From Lachnospiraceae bacterium (GTDB lineage: Bacteria > Bacillota > Clostridia > Lachnospirales > Lachnospiraceae), in contig JAILPS010000006.1 in NCBI GenBank assembly GCA_024699325.1, positions 20,419 through 84,418 on the forward strand: a stretch of 64,000 nt of DNA, in the 5' to 3' direction. Below the pieces are notes generated by a model, which did no database searches, was not told the DNA's origin, and saw only the letters and a list, made by a program, of their open reading frames with translations. Positions 9,124-18,900 of this stretch are shown here, one piece after another. Position 1 is the first letter of the stretch, and every line of letters starts with the position of its first letter. A program made the position numbers and the translations under genes.

Positions 9124-10713
9124 ATGGGAAGCAATAGTAAGAAGGCAAGAAGAAAAAAGCAGGCCAGACTTATTATGCTGATGAGCGTTGCGGGAATACT
9201 TATCGTCACGGTCATCGCGGTTTGCCTGATAATTCTTGTCGTGAAGACAACAGGATTAGCGCCTGTGAATAAGCAGGAGAATGAGACAACAACTAACGCA
9301 GTGGCTTCGATAACCACCACGGCTGAGAGTGTGGAGGACACACAGGCATCTGTCACGGAGGACACCACTGCAGAGACTATAGAGATAACGAAGCCGGAGG
9401 AGCCGACAACCGCTGAGTCTACAGCGCCTGCTCTCACAGGCGACGCGCTTCTTGATGCGGCCAACCTGAAGGCTGCCATGTATGACTATGACACGGCAAT
9501 CTCCATGCTCACAGGCTCATCAGAGTATGCCACTAACACATCATACCAGCAGGCTGTCACAGACTATGAGGCGGCTAAGGCAGGGCTTGTAAAGTGGGCT
9601 GACAACGGTCAGATCACACATATTTTCTTCCACTCGCTGATTTTTGACCCTAACCTGTCATTTGGAAGCGAGGGAGATATAGCTAAGTATAACAAGGTTA
9701 TGACCACAATCCCGGAGTTTAACGAGATCATGCAGGAGATGTATGACAGGGGATATGTAATCGTAAGCCTTCAGGATATCGCGAGGATGGAGCTTCAGGC
9801 GGACGGAAGCTACAAGATGGTCAGCCAGGCTATCTATCTGCCGCCGGGCAAGCAGCCATTCGTAATCAGCCAGGATGACGTCTGCTACTACGAATACATG
9901 ACGGGCAAGGGATTTGCCAACAGACTTGTAGTGGACACTGATGGAACAGTCACCTGCGAGATGGAGCTTATAGACGGAACAGTCGTAAGAGGCTCATTTG
10001 ACATGATACCAATTCTGGACGATTTCATCGACCTCCACCCTGATTTCTCTTATCACGGTGCGAAGGGAATAATCGCCCTCACAGGATACAACGGAGTTTT
10101 CGGCTACAGAACATCCCACTACAACTACGGCCCTGAAAATGAAGGCCGTGCCGGAAGTGGATATCTGTATCCAAACTACAATATCGACGCCGACACAGAG
10201 ACTGCAAAACAGGTTGCAGCTGCTCTTAAGGCAGACGGCTGGACATTTGCAACACACAGCTGGGGTCACAGAGCCATGGGTTCTGCGGCGTATGAAAACT
10301 TCGTGGCAGATTTGAACCGCTGGATGGAAGAGGTTATTCCAATCATCGGGGAGTGCGACACAGTTATCTATCCGTTCGGCGACGACATCGGATATTTCTG
10401 GGGTTACACAAACACAGAGAAGCAGAAGGCAGACACGCTCGACAAATACACCTACATGAAGAATTTGGGCTTCAACTACTTCTGTAATGTGGACAGCAAC
10501 CAGTACTGGGTTCAGATAACTGACCAGTACATGCGTCAGGGCCGTAGAAATGTTGACGGACAGCGTCTGTATGAGGCAATCTGTGGTTACAGAAATCTGC
10601 TCTCAGACATCATAGATGTCGAGAAGGTCTGGGATTGGGAGAGACCTGAGCCGGTTGAAGGAGTGCCGGTTCCGGAAGGATATGTGATAGGCTCACATTC
10701 CAACAGAACGTAG
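9124..10713 (+). CDS. Membrane-anchored polysaccharide deacetylase-like protein (NodB-type, tentative)
   Basis: 529 aa. It has a basic N-terminus plus one TM helix, a Thr/Glu-rich linker, then ISQDD and THSWGH motifs resembling NodB motifs 1 and 2. Confidence 0.5.
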   Translation: MGSNSKKARRKKQARLIMLMSVAGILIVTVIAVCLIILVVKTTGLAPVNKQENETTTNAVASITTTAESVEDTQASVTEDTTAETIEITKPEEPTTAESTAPALTGDALLDAANLKAAMYDYDTAISMLTGSSEYATNTSYQQAVTDYEAAKAGLVKWADNGQITHIFFHSLIFDPNLSFGSEGDIAKYNKVMTTIPEFNEIMQEMYDRGYVIVSLQDIARMELQADGSYKMVSQAIYLPPGKQPFVISQDDVCYYEYMTGKGFANRLVVDTDGTVTCEMELIDGTVVRGSFDMIPILDDFIDLHPDFSYHGAKGIIALTGYNGVFGYRTSHYNYGPENEGRAGSGYLYPNYNIDADTETAKQVAAALKADGWTFATHSWGHRAMGSAAYENFVADLNRWMEEVIPIIGECDTVIYPFGDDIGYFWGYTNTEKQKADTLDKYTYMKNLGFNYFCNVDSNQYWVQITDQYMRQGRRNVDGQRLYEAICGYRNLLSDIIDVEKVWDWERPEPVEGVPVPEGYVIGSHSNRT

Positions 10714-10753
10714 GGGAGAGAACCATAAAACTAAGGAAGGATGTAGGAGAAGT

Positions 10754-12592
10754 ATGTGTGGAATAGTAGGATTTACAGGAAGACATGAGGCAGCGCCGAT
10801 ACTCCTCGAGGGATTATCTAAACTTGAGTACAGAGGATACGACTCGGCAGGTATCGCCGTAAGGAAGGGCGACACCCCTGTAAGAATTGTCAAGGCTAAG
10901 GGCAGACTTAAGGGATTATATGAGAAGACCGACAGCGGTAAGGCAATGGAGGGAACATGCGGTATCGGTCATACAAGATGGGCGACTCACGGAGAGCCAT
11001 CAGAGAACAACGCACACCCTCACTGCAGCGACGACATGAATGTTGTTGCCGTTCACAACGGAATCATCGAGAATTATCAGGAGCTTCGCGACAAGCTTTC
11101 AAGAAAGGGTTACACATTTTACTCTCAGACAGACACTGAGATTGTGACCAAGCTGGTAGATTATTATTACAAGAAGTACAACATCGGACCAATCGATGCC
11201 ATCGCTAAGACCATGGTTCGTGTCCGCGGTTCTTACGCTTTAGCCATCATGTTCAAGGATTACCCAGGACACATCTGGGTTGCGAGAAAAGACAGCCCGA
11301 TGGTTATCGGCGTCACAGACGGAGAGTGCTATGTGGCAAGTGATGTTCCCGCCATGCTCTCTTACACAAGAAATGTTTACTACATTGACAACCTCGAGAT
11401 GGCAGACCTTGGAAACGGAGAGGTTCACTTCTACAACCTCGACGGCGACGAGGTGAAGAAGGAGCTCACAGAGATTACATGGGACGCTGAGGCAGCTGAG
11501 AAGGGCGGCTTCGAGCACTTCATGATGAAGGAGATACATGAGCAGCCCAAGGCCATCAGAGATACATTTAATTCTGTTGTGAAGGACGGACGCATTGATC
11601 TGTCAAGCGTGGGCCTCACAGACGACATCATTAAGGACATCTCACAGGTCATCATCGTTGCCTGCGGAAGTGCATATCACACGGGAATGGTTGACCAGTA
11701 TGTCATGGAGGAGTTTGCGAGAATTCCTGTAAGAGTTGAGCTTGCCAGCGAGTTCAGATACAGGAATCCTATCTTAAACCCTAACGATCTGGTTGTTATC
11801 GTAAGCCAGTCAGGAGAGACGGCGGACAGCCTGGCGGCTCTCAGAGAGGCGAAGGCCCAGGGCATCAGAACCCTCGGCATCGTCAATGTTGTGGGAAGCT
11901 CAATCGCCAGAGAGGCTGACAATGTGTTCTACACACTTGCAGGTCCTGAGATTGCGGTTGCAACAACGAAGGCTTACAGCACACAGCTAATCTGCGGATA
12001 CCTCTTAGCTCTTCAGTTTGCGTATGTTCGCGGAACCATGGACGAGGAGCGCTATCTGTCACTTATTGCAGAGGTCGCATCAATCCCTGAGAAGATTGAG
12101 AAGATTATAGAGGATAAGGAGAGACTGCAGTTTATCGCTGCCAGACTCGCCAACAGCCAGGATGTATTCTTCATCGGACGAGGCATCGACTACGCCATCT
12201 CCATGGAGGGATCTCTCAAGATGAAGGAGATCAGCTACATCCACTCTGAGGCATATGCTGCCGGCGAATTAAAGCACGGCACAATCAGCCTTATCGAGGA
12301 TGGAACCATAGTTATAAGCGTTGCCACACAGGATGACCTCTATGAGAAGACCAAGTCAAACATGGTTGAGGTTAAGTCAAGAGGCGCATTCATCGTTGGC
12401 ATAACACATTACGGAAACTTCGAGATAGAAAACACTGCAAACTATTCTATCTACGTTCCTAAGCTCGACACACATTTTATGGCAAGCCTTGCGGTAGTTC
12501 CGCTTCAGCTTCTCGGATACTATGTATCAATCGGAAGAGGCTTAGACGTGGATAAGCCAAGAAACTTAGCTAAGTCTGTTACAGTTGAATAA
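10754..12592 (+). CDS. glmS: Glutamine--fructose-6-phosphate aminotransferase
   Basis: 612 aa. It has an MCGIVGF N-terminal nucleophile Cys, two SIS domains, and a C-terminal ...KSVTVE. Confidence 0.97.
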   Translation: MCGIVGFTGRHEAAPILLEGLSKLEYRGYDSAGIAVRKGDTPVRIVKAKGRLKGLYEKTDSGKAMEGTCGIGHTRWATHGEPSENNAHPHCSDDMNVVAVHNGIIENYQELRDKLSRKGYTFYSQTDTEIVTKLVDYYYKKYNIGPIDAIAKTMVRVRGSYALAIMFKDYPGHIWVARKDSPMVIGVTDGECYVASDVPAMLSYTRNVYYIDNLEMADLGNGEVHFYNLDGDEVKKELTEITWDAEAAEKGGFEHFMMKEIHEQPKAIRDTFNSVVKDGRIDLSSVGLTDDIIKDISQVIIVACGSAYHTGMVDQYVMEEFARIPVRVELASEFRYRNPILNPNDLVVIVSQSGETADSLAALREAKAQGIRTLGIVNVVGSSIAREADNVFYTLAGPEIAVATTKAYSTQLICGYLLALQFAYVRGTMDEERYLSLIAEVASIPEKIEKIIEDKERLQFIAARLANSQDVFFIGRGIDYAISMEGSLKMKEISYIHSEAYAAGELKHGTISLIEDGTIVISVATQDDLYEKTKSNMVEVKSRGAFIVGITHYGNFEIENTANYSIYVPKLDTHFMASLAVVPLQLLGYYVSIGRGLDVDKPRNLAKSVTVE

Positions 12593-12600
12593 TTAATTCA

Positions 12601-12626
12601 GGGCAGTCCTTCGGGGCTGCCTTTTT
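12601..12626 (+). terminator. Rho-independent terminator after glmS
   Basis: GGCAGTCC-ttcg-GGGCTGCC stem followed by TTTTT. Confidence 0.75.
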
Positions 12627-12630
12627 GGTG

Positions 12631-12659
12631 TTTACATTTTTTCCCTCAGGGAGTAGAAT
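12631..12659 (+). promoter_or_regulatory. Promoter TTTACA-N17-TAGAAT
   Basis: -35 at 12631-12636 and -10 at 12654-12659, immediately upstream of the SOS box. Confidence 0.5.
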
Positions 12660-12663
12660 ATAT

Positions 12664-12677
12664 AGAACAATAGTTCG
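12664..12677. promoter_or_regulatory. LexA (Cheo/SOS) box aGAACaataGTTCg
   Basis: GAAC-N4-GTTC palindrome matching the Firmicute LexA consensus CGAACnnnnGTTCG. It sits between the -10 and the RBS of the Y-family polymerase gene. Confidence 0.65.
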
Positions 12678-12692
12678 CTTAAGGAGGAAGAG

Positions 12693-14063
12693 ATGGCAAG
12701 AACATATGTGGCGATAGACCTTAAATCATTCTATGCGTCCGTGGAGTGCGTCGAGCGCGGCCTGGACCCGCTGAAGGCCAAGCTTGTGGTTGCAGATGTC
12801 AGCAGAACAGAGAAGACCATATGCCTTGCGGTCTCCCCTGCGCTTAAGGCCTACGGCGTGCCCGGTAGACCAAGACTGTTCGAGGTTGAGCAGATATTGT
12901 CGGACGTTAAGAAGCGCACAGGTGAGGTGGTGGAGTATATCGCCGCGCCTCCCCAGATGGCCAAATACATGCAGGTTTCGTCGGACATTTTCTCCATATA
13001 TATGAAGTATGTATCCCCGGACGACATACATGTGTACTCCGTGGACGAATGCTTCATGGACGTGACGGACTATCTGCCGCTATATAAAATGACTGCCCAC
13101 GAGCTTACCATGACCATGATAAGGGATGTGCTAAGCCAGACAGGCATAACCGCCACGGCCGGCATCGGCACGAACCTCTATCTGTGCAAGATTGCCATGG
13201 ATATCGTGGCGAAGCACTCTGCCCCCGACAAGGACGGCGTGAGGATTGCAGAGCTTGACGAGGTCTCCTACAGAAGGCTTCTCTGGGACCATATTCCCAT
13301 GACGGACTTCTGGCGCATGGGTGGCGGAACGGTAAGAAAACTTGAAAACTGCGGCATCAATACCATGGGCGAGCTGGCCAGGTTCAGCCTGTACAATGAG
13401 GACCTCCTGTTTAAAATGTTTGGCGTGGACGCGGAGATCCTAATAGACCACGCCTGGGGATATGAGCCCTGCACCATGCAGGATATCAAGAACTACAAGA
13501 CCAGCACGAAGAGCCTCACGCAGGGCCAGGTTTTGCAGAGCCCCTACACATTTGACAAGGCTAGGATCGTCGTGAGGGAGATGGTTGAGCTTCTGGTTCT
13601 CGACATGGTGGACAAGGGCTTCCAGACTGACAGCGTGACTCTCCACGTTGGATTTGACCACGAGAGCATCCCAAAGGGCGGCAAATACTTAGGCCCCGTG
13701 GAGGTGGACCACTACGGACGACTTCTGCCCAAATCCGCCCACGGCACTGCCAACATGGGAGGCTACACCTCCTCAACCATGAAGATTACGGACGGCGTGA
13801 TGAAACTTTTTGACCAGATAATCGACAGGAATCTTCTGGTCAGACGCATAAATGTGAGCGCCAACTCCCTTCGAAGCGACGCATTTGAGCAGTATGATTT
13901 GTTCACAGACCCGGTGGCTCTCGAAAAGGAGAGAAGCATGCAAAAAGCCATGCTCTCCATCAAGAAGAAGTTTGGCAAGAACGCCATACTTAAGGGCACG
14001 GATCTTGAGGAGGGGGCGACCATGATGGAGCGAAACGCCCAGATAGGAGGTCACAAGGCATGA
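12693..14063 (+). CDS. Y-family (translesion) DNA polymerase, UvrX/YqjW-like
   Basis: 456 aa. The N-terminal block is YVAIDLKSFYASVECVERGLDP, with SVDECFMDVT catalytic acidic residues. Confidence 0.88.
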   Translation: MARTYVAIDLKSFYASVECVERGLDPLKAKLVVADVSRTEKTICLAVSPALKAYGVPGRPRLFEVEQILSDVKKRTGEVVEYIAAPPQMAKYMQVSSDIFSIYMKYVSPDDIHVYSVDECFMDVTDYLPLYKMTAHELTMTMIRDVLSQTGITATAGIGTNLYLCKIAMDIVAKHSAPDKDGVRIAELDEVSYRRLLWDHIPMTDFWRMGGGTVRKLENCGINTMGELARFSLYNEDLLFKMFGVDAEILIDHAWGYEPCTMQDIKNYKTSTKSLTQGQVLQSPYTFDKARIVVREMVELLVLDMVDKGFQTDSVTLHVGFDHESIPKGGKYLGPVEVDHYGRLLPKSAHGTANMGGYTSSTMKITDGVMKLFDQIIDRNLLVRRINVSANSLRSDAFEQYDLFTDPVALEKERSMQKAMLSIKKKFGKNAILKGTDLEEGATMMERNAQIGGHKA

Positions 14064-14449
14064 AATATGACGATATAATCGGCCTTCCTCACTACGAACC
14101 GAAACACCACCGCCGTCAGGACCGCCTAAACCGCGCCAAAATATTTGCGCCGTTTCAGGCGCTCAAGGGCTACGAGGAATCCATAGAGGAGAGGAAGCTC
14201 ATAAGGGTGGCCCACTCCGACATGACCGAGAATATGCTAGAGGAGCTAAACAACACCCTGAATACGCTTATGGATATGCTCGCAAGAGATGAGCACCCCA
14301 TAATAAGGGTCATATATAAGAATCCCGCAACCGACGAATACATAAGCTTCGAGGGCAAGCTTGCAAGGATAACTGTAACCAGTCAGACCATACAGGTTGT
14401 AGACAGGAAGATTCTGTTTGAGAATCTAAGAAGCATAGGCTTTGATTAG
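14060..14449 (+). CDS. YolD-like protein (accessory partner of Y-family polymerases)
   Basis: 129 aa with a start that overlaps the polymerase stop (ATGA). Size and position match the yolD-uvrX / yqjX-yqjW arrangement. The motif-level match is weak. Confidence 0.6.
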   Translation: MKYDDIIGLPHYEPKHHRRQDRLNRAKIFAPFQALKGYEESIEERKLIRVAHSDMTENMLEELNNTLNTLMDMLARDEHPIIRVIYKNPATDEYISFEGKLARITVTSQTIQVVDRKILFENLRSIGFD

Positions 14450-14512
14450 GGATAAAGATTATCGATAATGTAATTTAATGTTGAAAACTTAGAAAATATG
14501 TGATATAAGGTT

Positions 14513-14546
14513 GAGGGTTAGTTATAACTAACTCTCATTTTTTTTT
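14513..14546 (+). terminator. Rho-independent terminator
   Basis: GAGGGTTAGT-tata-ACTAACTCTC stem (one G-U pair) followed by ATTTTTTTTT. Confidence 0.6.
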
Positions 14547-14562
14547 CAGGAGGAGATTTTTT

Positions 14563-15153
14563 ATGAGTGAAGTGAACAACAAAAAGCTTAGGACTAAGGA
14601 TCTGATATATGCGGGTGCCTTCGGGGCATTGTACATCGTTTTAATGCTAATTCTGGTCATGAGTTCCGGAATGGTTCCTATTCTCTACATTCTGGCGCCA
14701 ATCACAGTCGGAGTGTTCTGCGGAACAGTCTATGAGCTCTGTGTTTTGAAGGTCAGAAAGTTTGGCCCTGCATTAATTATGGGACTTCTGTTCGCTCTTG
14801 TCGCCTGCAACGGTGCATGGTACTGTTTTGTGACGGCTACGGCCTGCGCACTTCTGGCAGAGCTTATCATTTTCCTTGGCAAATACAAGTCCAAGTTCAT
14901 GTATCTCTTATCATTTGTGGTGTTTAACATTAACATGTCATGCCCATATATGATAATGACATTTAACAGAGACGGCTTCATGACAAGGGCCAGAGACTAC
15001 TACGGCGAGGAGTATGCAAATGGTCTTAGCAAGCTTATGACACCATGGATTTGGTATGCGCTTGTCGGATTTGCAATCATCGGCGGTATTTTGGGAGCGC
15101 TTATCGCTTCTAAGCTTATCAAAAAACATTTTACAAAGGCGGGTATTGTCTAA
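14563..15153 (+). CDS. MptD/Trep_Strep-family putative ECF-transporter S component
   Basis: 196 aa with about 6 TM segments. The N-terminal LRTKDLIYAGAFGALYIVLM pattern and the adjacency to EcfT-like and EcfA-like genes support the call. Confidence 0.65.
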   Translation: MSEVNNKKLRTKDLIYAGAFGALYIVLMLILVMSSGMVPILYILAPITVGVFCGTVYELCVLKVRKFGPALIMGLLFALVACNGAWYCFVTATACALLAELIIFLGKYKSKFMYLLSFVVFNINMSCPYMIMTFNRDGFMTRARDYYGEEYANGLSKLMTPWIWYALVGFAIIGGILGALIASKLIKKHFTKAGIV

Positions 15154-15891
15154 GTGGATTTCGATATTTGTGTTGACGATTCAGGGGCGATACTTAAATT
15201 AGATCCAAGAACGAAGCTGGTCATGTTTTTGACCAGCTCCGTTGCGTCATTGACCTGTTACAGCATGGAAAATCTTCTCATCTACGGAATCGTTTTGTGT
15301 GTGATAACCATTCTGTGCGGCAAGAAATGGCTTGGAGTTAAATCCCTGTTAATCTTTCTTTTTTTAATATTTTTCAGATACGAGATCGTTACCTCTGGGA
15401 AGGGCTCTGCCGCAATCGGCGGACTGCTCACCAGCCTGATAACGATATTTCTTTTTTTCTTCCCTGTGTTCATGTCTTTGATGCTTATAACACAGACCAC
15501 AAGAATCAACCAGTTCCTCGCGGCTTTCGATGCCATGCATATGCCAAATATTGTGGTGATTCCAATCGCCGTAATGTTTCGCTTTATTCCGACGGTTGCG
15601 CAGGAGTGGGACGGCATCAGGAAGGCCATGGCTTTCAGGGGGATTTCTCTTGAGCCCTGGGCCATCATACGCTCACCGCTAAAGACCATAGAATATATTC
15701 TTATTCCGCTGCTGTTTTCGTCCATCTCGATTATGGAGGAGCTCGCGGCCGCTGCGCTTGCGAGAGGCCTTGATTCCGGCAACAACAGAACCTCCTACGA
15801 GACGGTCAAATTCAGAGCGGTGGACTATCTGGTCACATTTATGTTTATAGGGCTTGCGGCGTTTTTCATAATTGGCAGAAAAGGGTTGTAA
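15154..15891 (+). CDS. ECF transporter T component (EcfT/CbiQ-like)
   Basis: 245 aa, polytopic, with a GTG start abutting the upstream stop. A conserved Arg-containing coupling-helix region (...AMAFRGISL... ALARGLD) is present. Confidence 0.7.
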   Translation: MDFDICVDDSGAILKLDPRTKLVMFLTSSVASLTCYSMENLLIYGIVLCVITILCGKKWLGVKSLLIFLFLIFFRYEIVTSGKGSAAIGGLLTSLITIFLFFFPVFMSLMLITQTTRINQFLAAFDAMHMPNIVVIPIAVMFRFIPTVAQEWDGIRKAMAFRGISLEPWAIIRSPLKTIEYILIPLLFSSISIMEELAAAALARGLDSGNNRTSYETVKFRAVDYLVTFMFIGLAAFFIIGRKGL

Positions 15892-15918
15892 ATGTTTAGA
15901 TTGGAATAATAGACTGAT

Positions 15919-18900
15919 ATGATAGAGATTAAAAATGTGAATTTTAAATACGGCGGTGAGGAAGGCCCAGGCGACGGCGTCGAGGACATCAACCTGACCA
16001 TAAAAACCGGGGAGGTGGTTGTGCTGTGCGGCGAGAGCGGCTGCGGCAAAACCACCATCTCCAGAATGATTAACGGCCTGATACCACATTTTTACGAGGG
16101 TGAATTTGAGGGGGAGGTCCTAATCGACGATTATAATGTCAGCAAACACGAGCTCTGTGAGACGGCGGCGTTAGTTGGTAGCGTGTTTCAAAACCCCAAG
16201 AGCCAGTTCTTCAATGTGGACACAACGGGAGAGCTGACTTTTGGCTGCGAGAATCTGGGCATGAGCCGGGAGGAGATTGGTAAGAGATTTGCTAAGACCG
16301 TCACGGATATGAAGCTTGAGGCACTCCTAAACCGCAATATTTTCGAGCTCTCAGGCGGAGAGAAGCAGCAGATTGCCTGCGGAAGCGTCTACGCCACAGA
16401 GCCCCAGGTGTTTGTCATGGACGAGCCATCGTCAAACCTTGACAGGAAGGCGATAAGAAGGCTGTCCGACATCCTTAAGAAGATGAAGGCTTTGGGCAAA
16501 ACCATCGTCATCTCAGAGCACAGGCTCTACTATCTCATGGACATAGCCGACAGGTTCGTGTATGTGAAAAACGGCCGCATCGACAGAGAGTTTACCTGCG
16601 AGGAGCTTAGGAATATCCCCGAGGAGGAGCTCTTCGCTCTGGGGCTTAGAAGCACCGCCATAGAAAACCTTAAGCCTCGCACGGAAAATGATTACTCTGA
16701 GAAGACGCCAAGCGTCGAGGTCATAGACCTCACATGCTCAAGGCAGAATGCAAGAATAATAGATATAGACAGAATAGTTCTGCCAAAACACAGCGTCGTG
16801 GCTGTCATAGGAGACAACGGCTGCGGCAAGAGCACCATGGCGGAGGCGCTGTGCGGTCTGATACCCTCAAGCGGAAGCGTTGCATTTAACGGCGCATATC
16901 TAAATGACAAGCAGAGAAGAAAAAAATGCTTCATGGTCATGCAGGATGTAAACCGCCAGCTGTTTTCTGACAGCTGCCTCGAGGAGGTCATGTTAAATGC
17001 GACACAGGATGAAGAGGAGGCTAAGAAAACCCTTGAAAAACTGGGGCTTTTGGAGTACGCCGACAGACATCCTGCGTCGCTGTCAGGAGGACAGAAGCAG
17101 AGGACTGCCATAGCGGCGGCTGTTCTGGCTGACAAGGATATTCTCTTCTACGACGAGCCCACGAGCGGTCTGGACAGACTGGGAATGGAGAGGTTTGGAA
17201 ATATCCTGAGAGATATGAAGAACGATGTGGCGGTTTCCGTGATTATCACACATGACCCGGAGCTGATAACGCACTGCTGCACACATGTTTTGCACCTTGA
17301 GAGGGGCAGAGTGATCGGTTTCTATCCCCTTGACGAGGAGGGTGTGGAGAGAATTAAGGGGTATTTTCTGTCCCCAAGCGATGACAACACCAGCAAAAAA
17401 AGAGACAAGAGAAGCAGTGTGGGCAAGATTCTCGGATATGCCGGAAAACACAAGCTCAGCATATTTTTTGCATTTCTTCTTATGACCATAGGAGCGATGG
17501 CAAGCATTGTGCCGTACGTGGGAATAGGAGAGCTTATAAGGCGCGTGATTGAAGCGAAGAGTGTCACTCTTGACAACTCCCTGACCATTGTGGCTGGAGT
17601 TGTCATAGCGGAGGTCATCTACGCGATATTCTACATGCTAGGTCTCATAGTTTCACACCACGCGGCATACGGAACGCTTGAAAACATACGAAAAACTCTT
17701 CAGGAGAAGATGGAAAAGCTTCCCCTGGGCTTTGTCATGAACAAGGGAAGCGGAGAGATCAAGAAGTTATTCACGGACGATGTGGAGTCGATTGAGGCGC
17801 TTTTAGCCCACATGATTCCTGAGGGACTTGCAAACCTGTGCGTCCCCGTGATTGCCCTTGTGATACTTGTGGCCATAGACTGGAAGCTGGCTCTTCTGAC
17901 CATGCTCATGGTATTCATTGGCATAAGCGTCTCAAGGCAGATGTACACCGTCGGAATGAACAAGATGGGAAGCTATTTCGCGGCAGGCAAGAGGATGAAC
18001 AACGCAATCGTGGAATATGTAAATGGAATGGAGGTCGTGAGAGTTTTCAACCGCCAGAAGGATTCCGACTACAAATACGAGAAGGCTGTAAACGAATACA
18101 GGGATTATGCCCTGGAGTGGTACCGCGTCAGCTGGCCGTGGATGGCGCTCTACAAGAGCGTTTTTGCAAATATTGTGCTCTACTCGCTGCCATTTGGCGC
18201 GCTGTTCGTACTTTTAGGTCAGATGAGCATTTCAAACTATATCTTAGCGCTCATGATTTCTTTTGGAACGGGGCCGATGCTCCTTCACTGTATGAGCTTT
18301 ATCGGGGCGGTGCCGCAGGTCAGCTACAAAATCGAGGCGCTTGAGAGCGCCATGGATTCAGTTCCGCTTAAGACCATGGAGGAGGAGTTTGCGGGAAGTG
18401 ACAACACTGTGGAGTTCAGGGATGTTCACTTCTCATACAAGGATGCCGAGGTTATCAAGGGCGTAAGCTTTACAGCCGCTGAGGGCGAGACCACAGCGCT
18501 TGTGGGCATGAGCGGAAGCGGCAAGAGCACTCTGGCCAAGCTCCTGGTTCACTACTATGAGATTAGCGGCGGAGAGATAACGATAGGCGGTCAGGACATC
18601 AGAAGCATGTCGCTTGACGCACTGAATGAGCGCATATCCTTCGTGTCCCAGAGCGTGTTTCTGTTCAACAAAACCATCATGGAAAATATCAGGATGGGGC
18701 GCCCTGATGCAAGCGACGAGGAGGTTATCGCTGCCGCCAGGCTGGCAGAGTGCGATGATTTTATAATGGAGCTTAGGGACGGCTATCAGACCATGGCGGG
18801 AAGCGCAGGCGGCGCTCTCTCAGGCGGTCAGAGGCAGAGAATATCATTTGCCAGAGCCATACTCAAGGATGCCCCCATTATAGTTTTTGATGAGGCGACC

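Noticed and set aside
10714-10753. Looked for a glmS ribozyme upstream of glmS, as is common in Firmicutes.
   Set aside because: Only 40 nt separate the upstream stop from the glmS ATG. That is far too short for the ~170-nt ribozyme, and the upstream coding sequence shows no resemblance to it that I can recognise.
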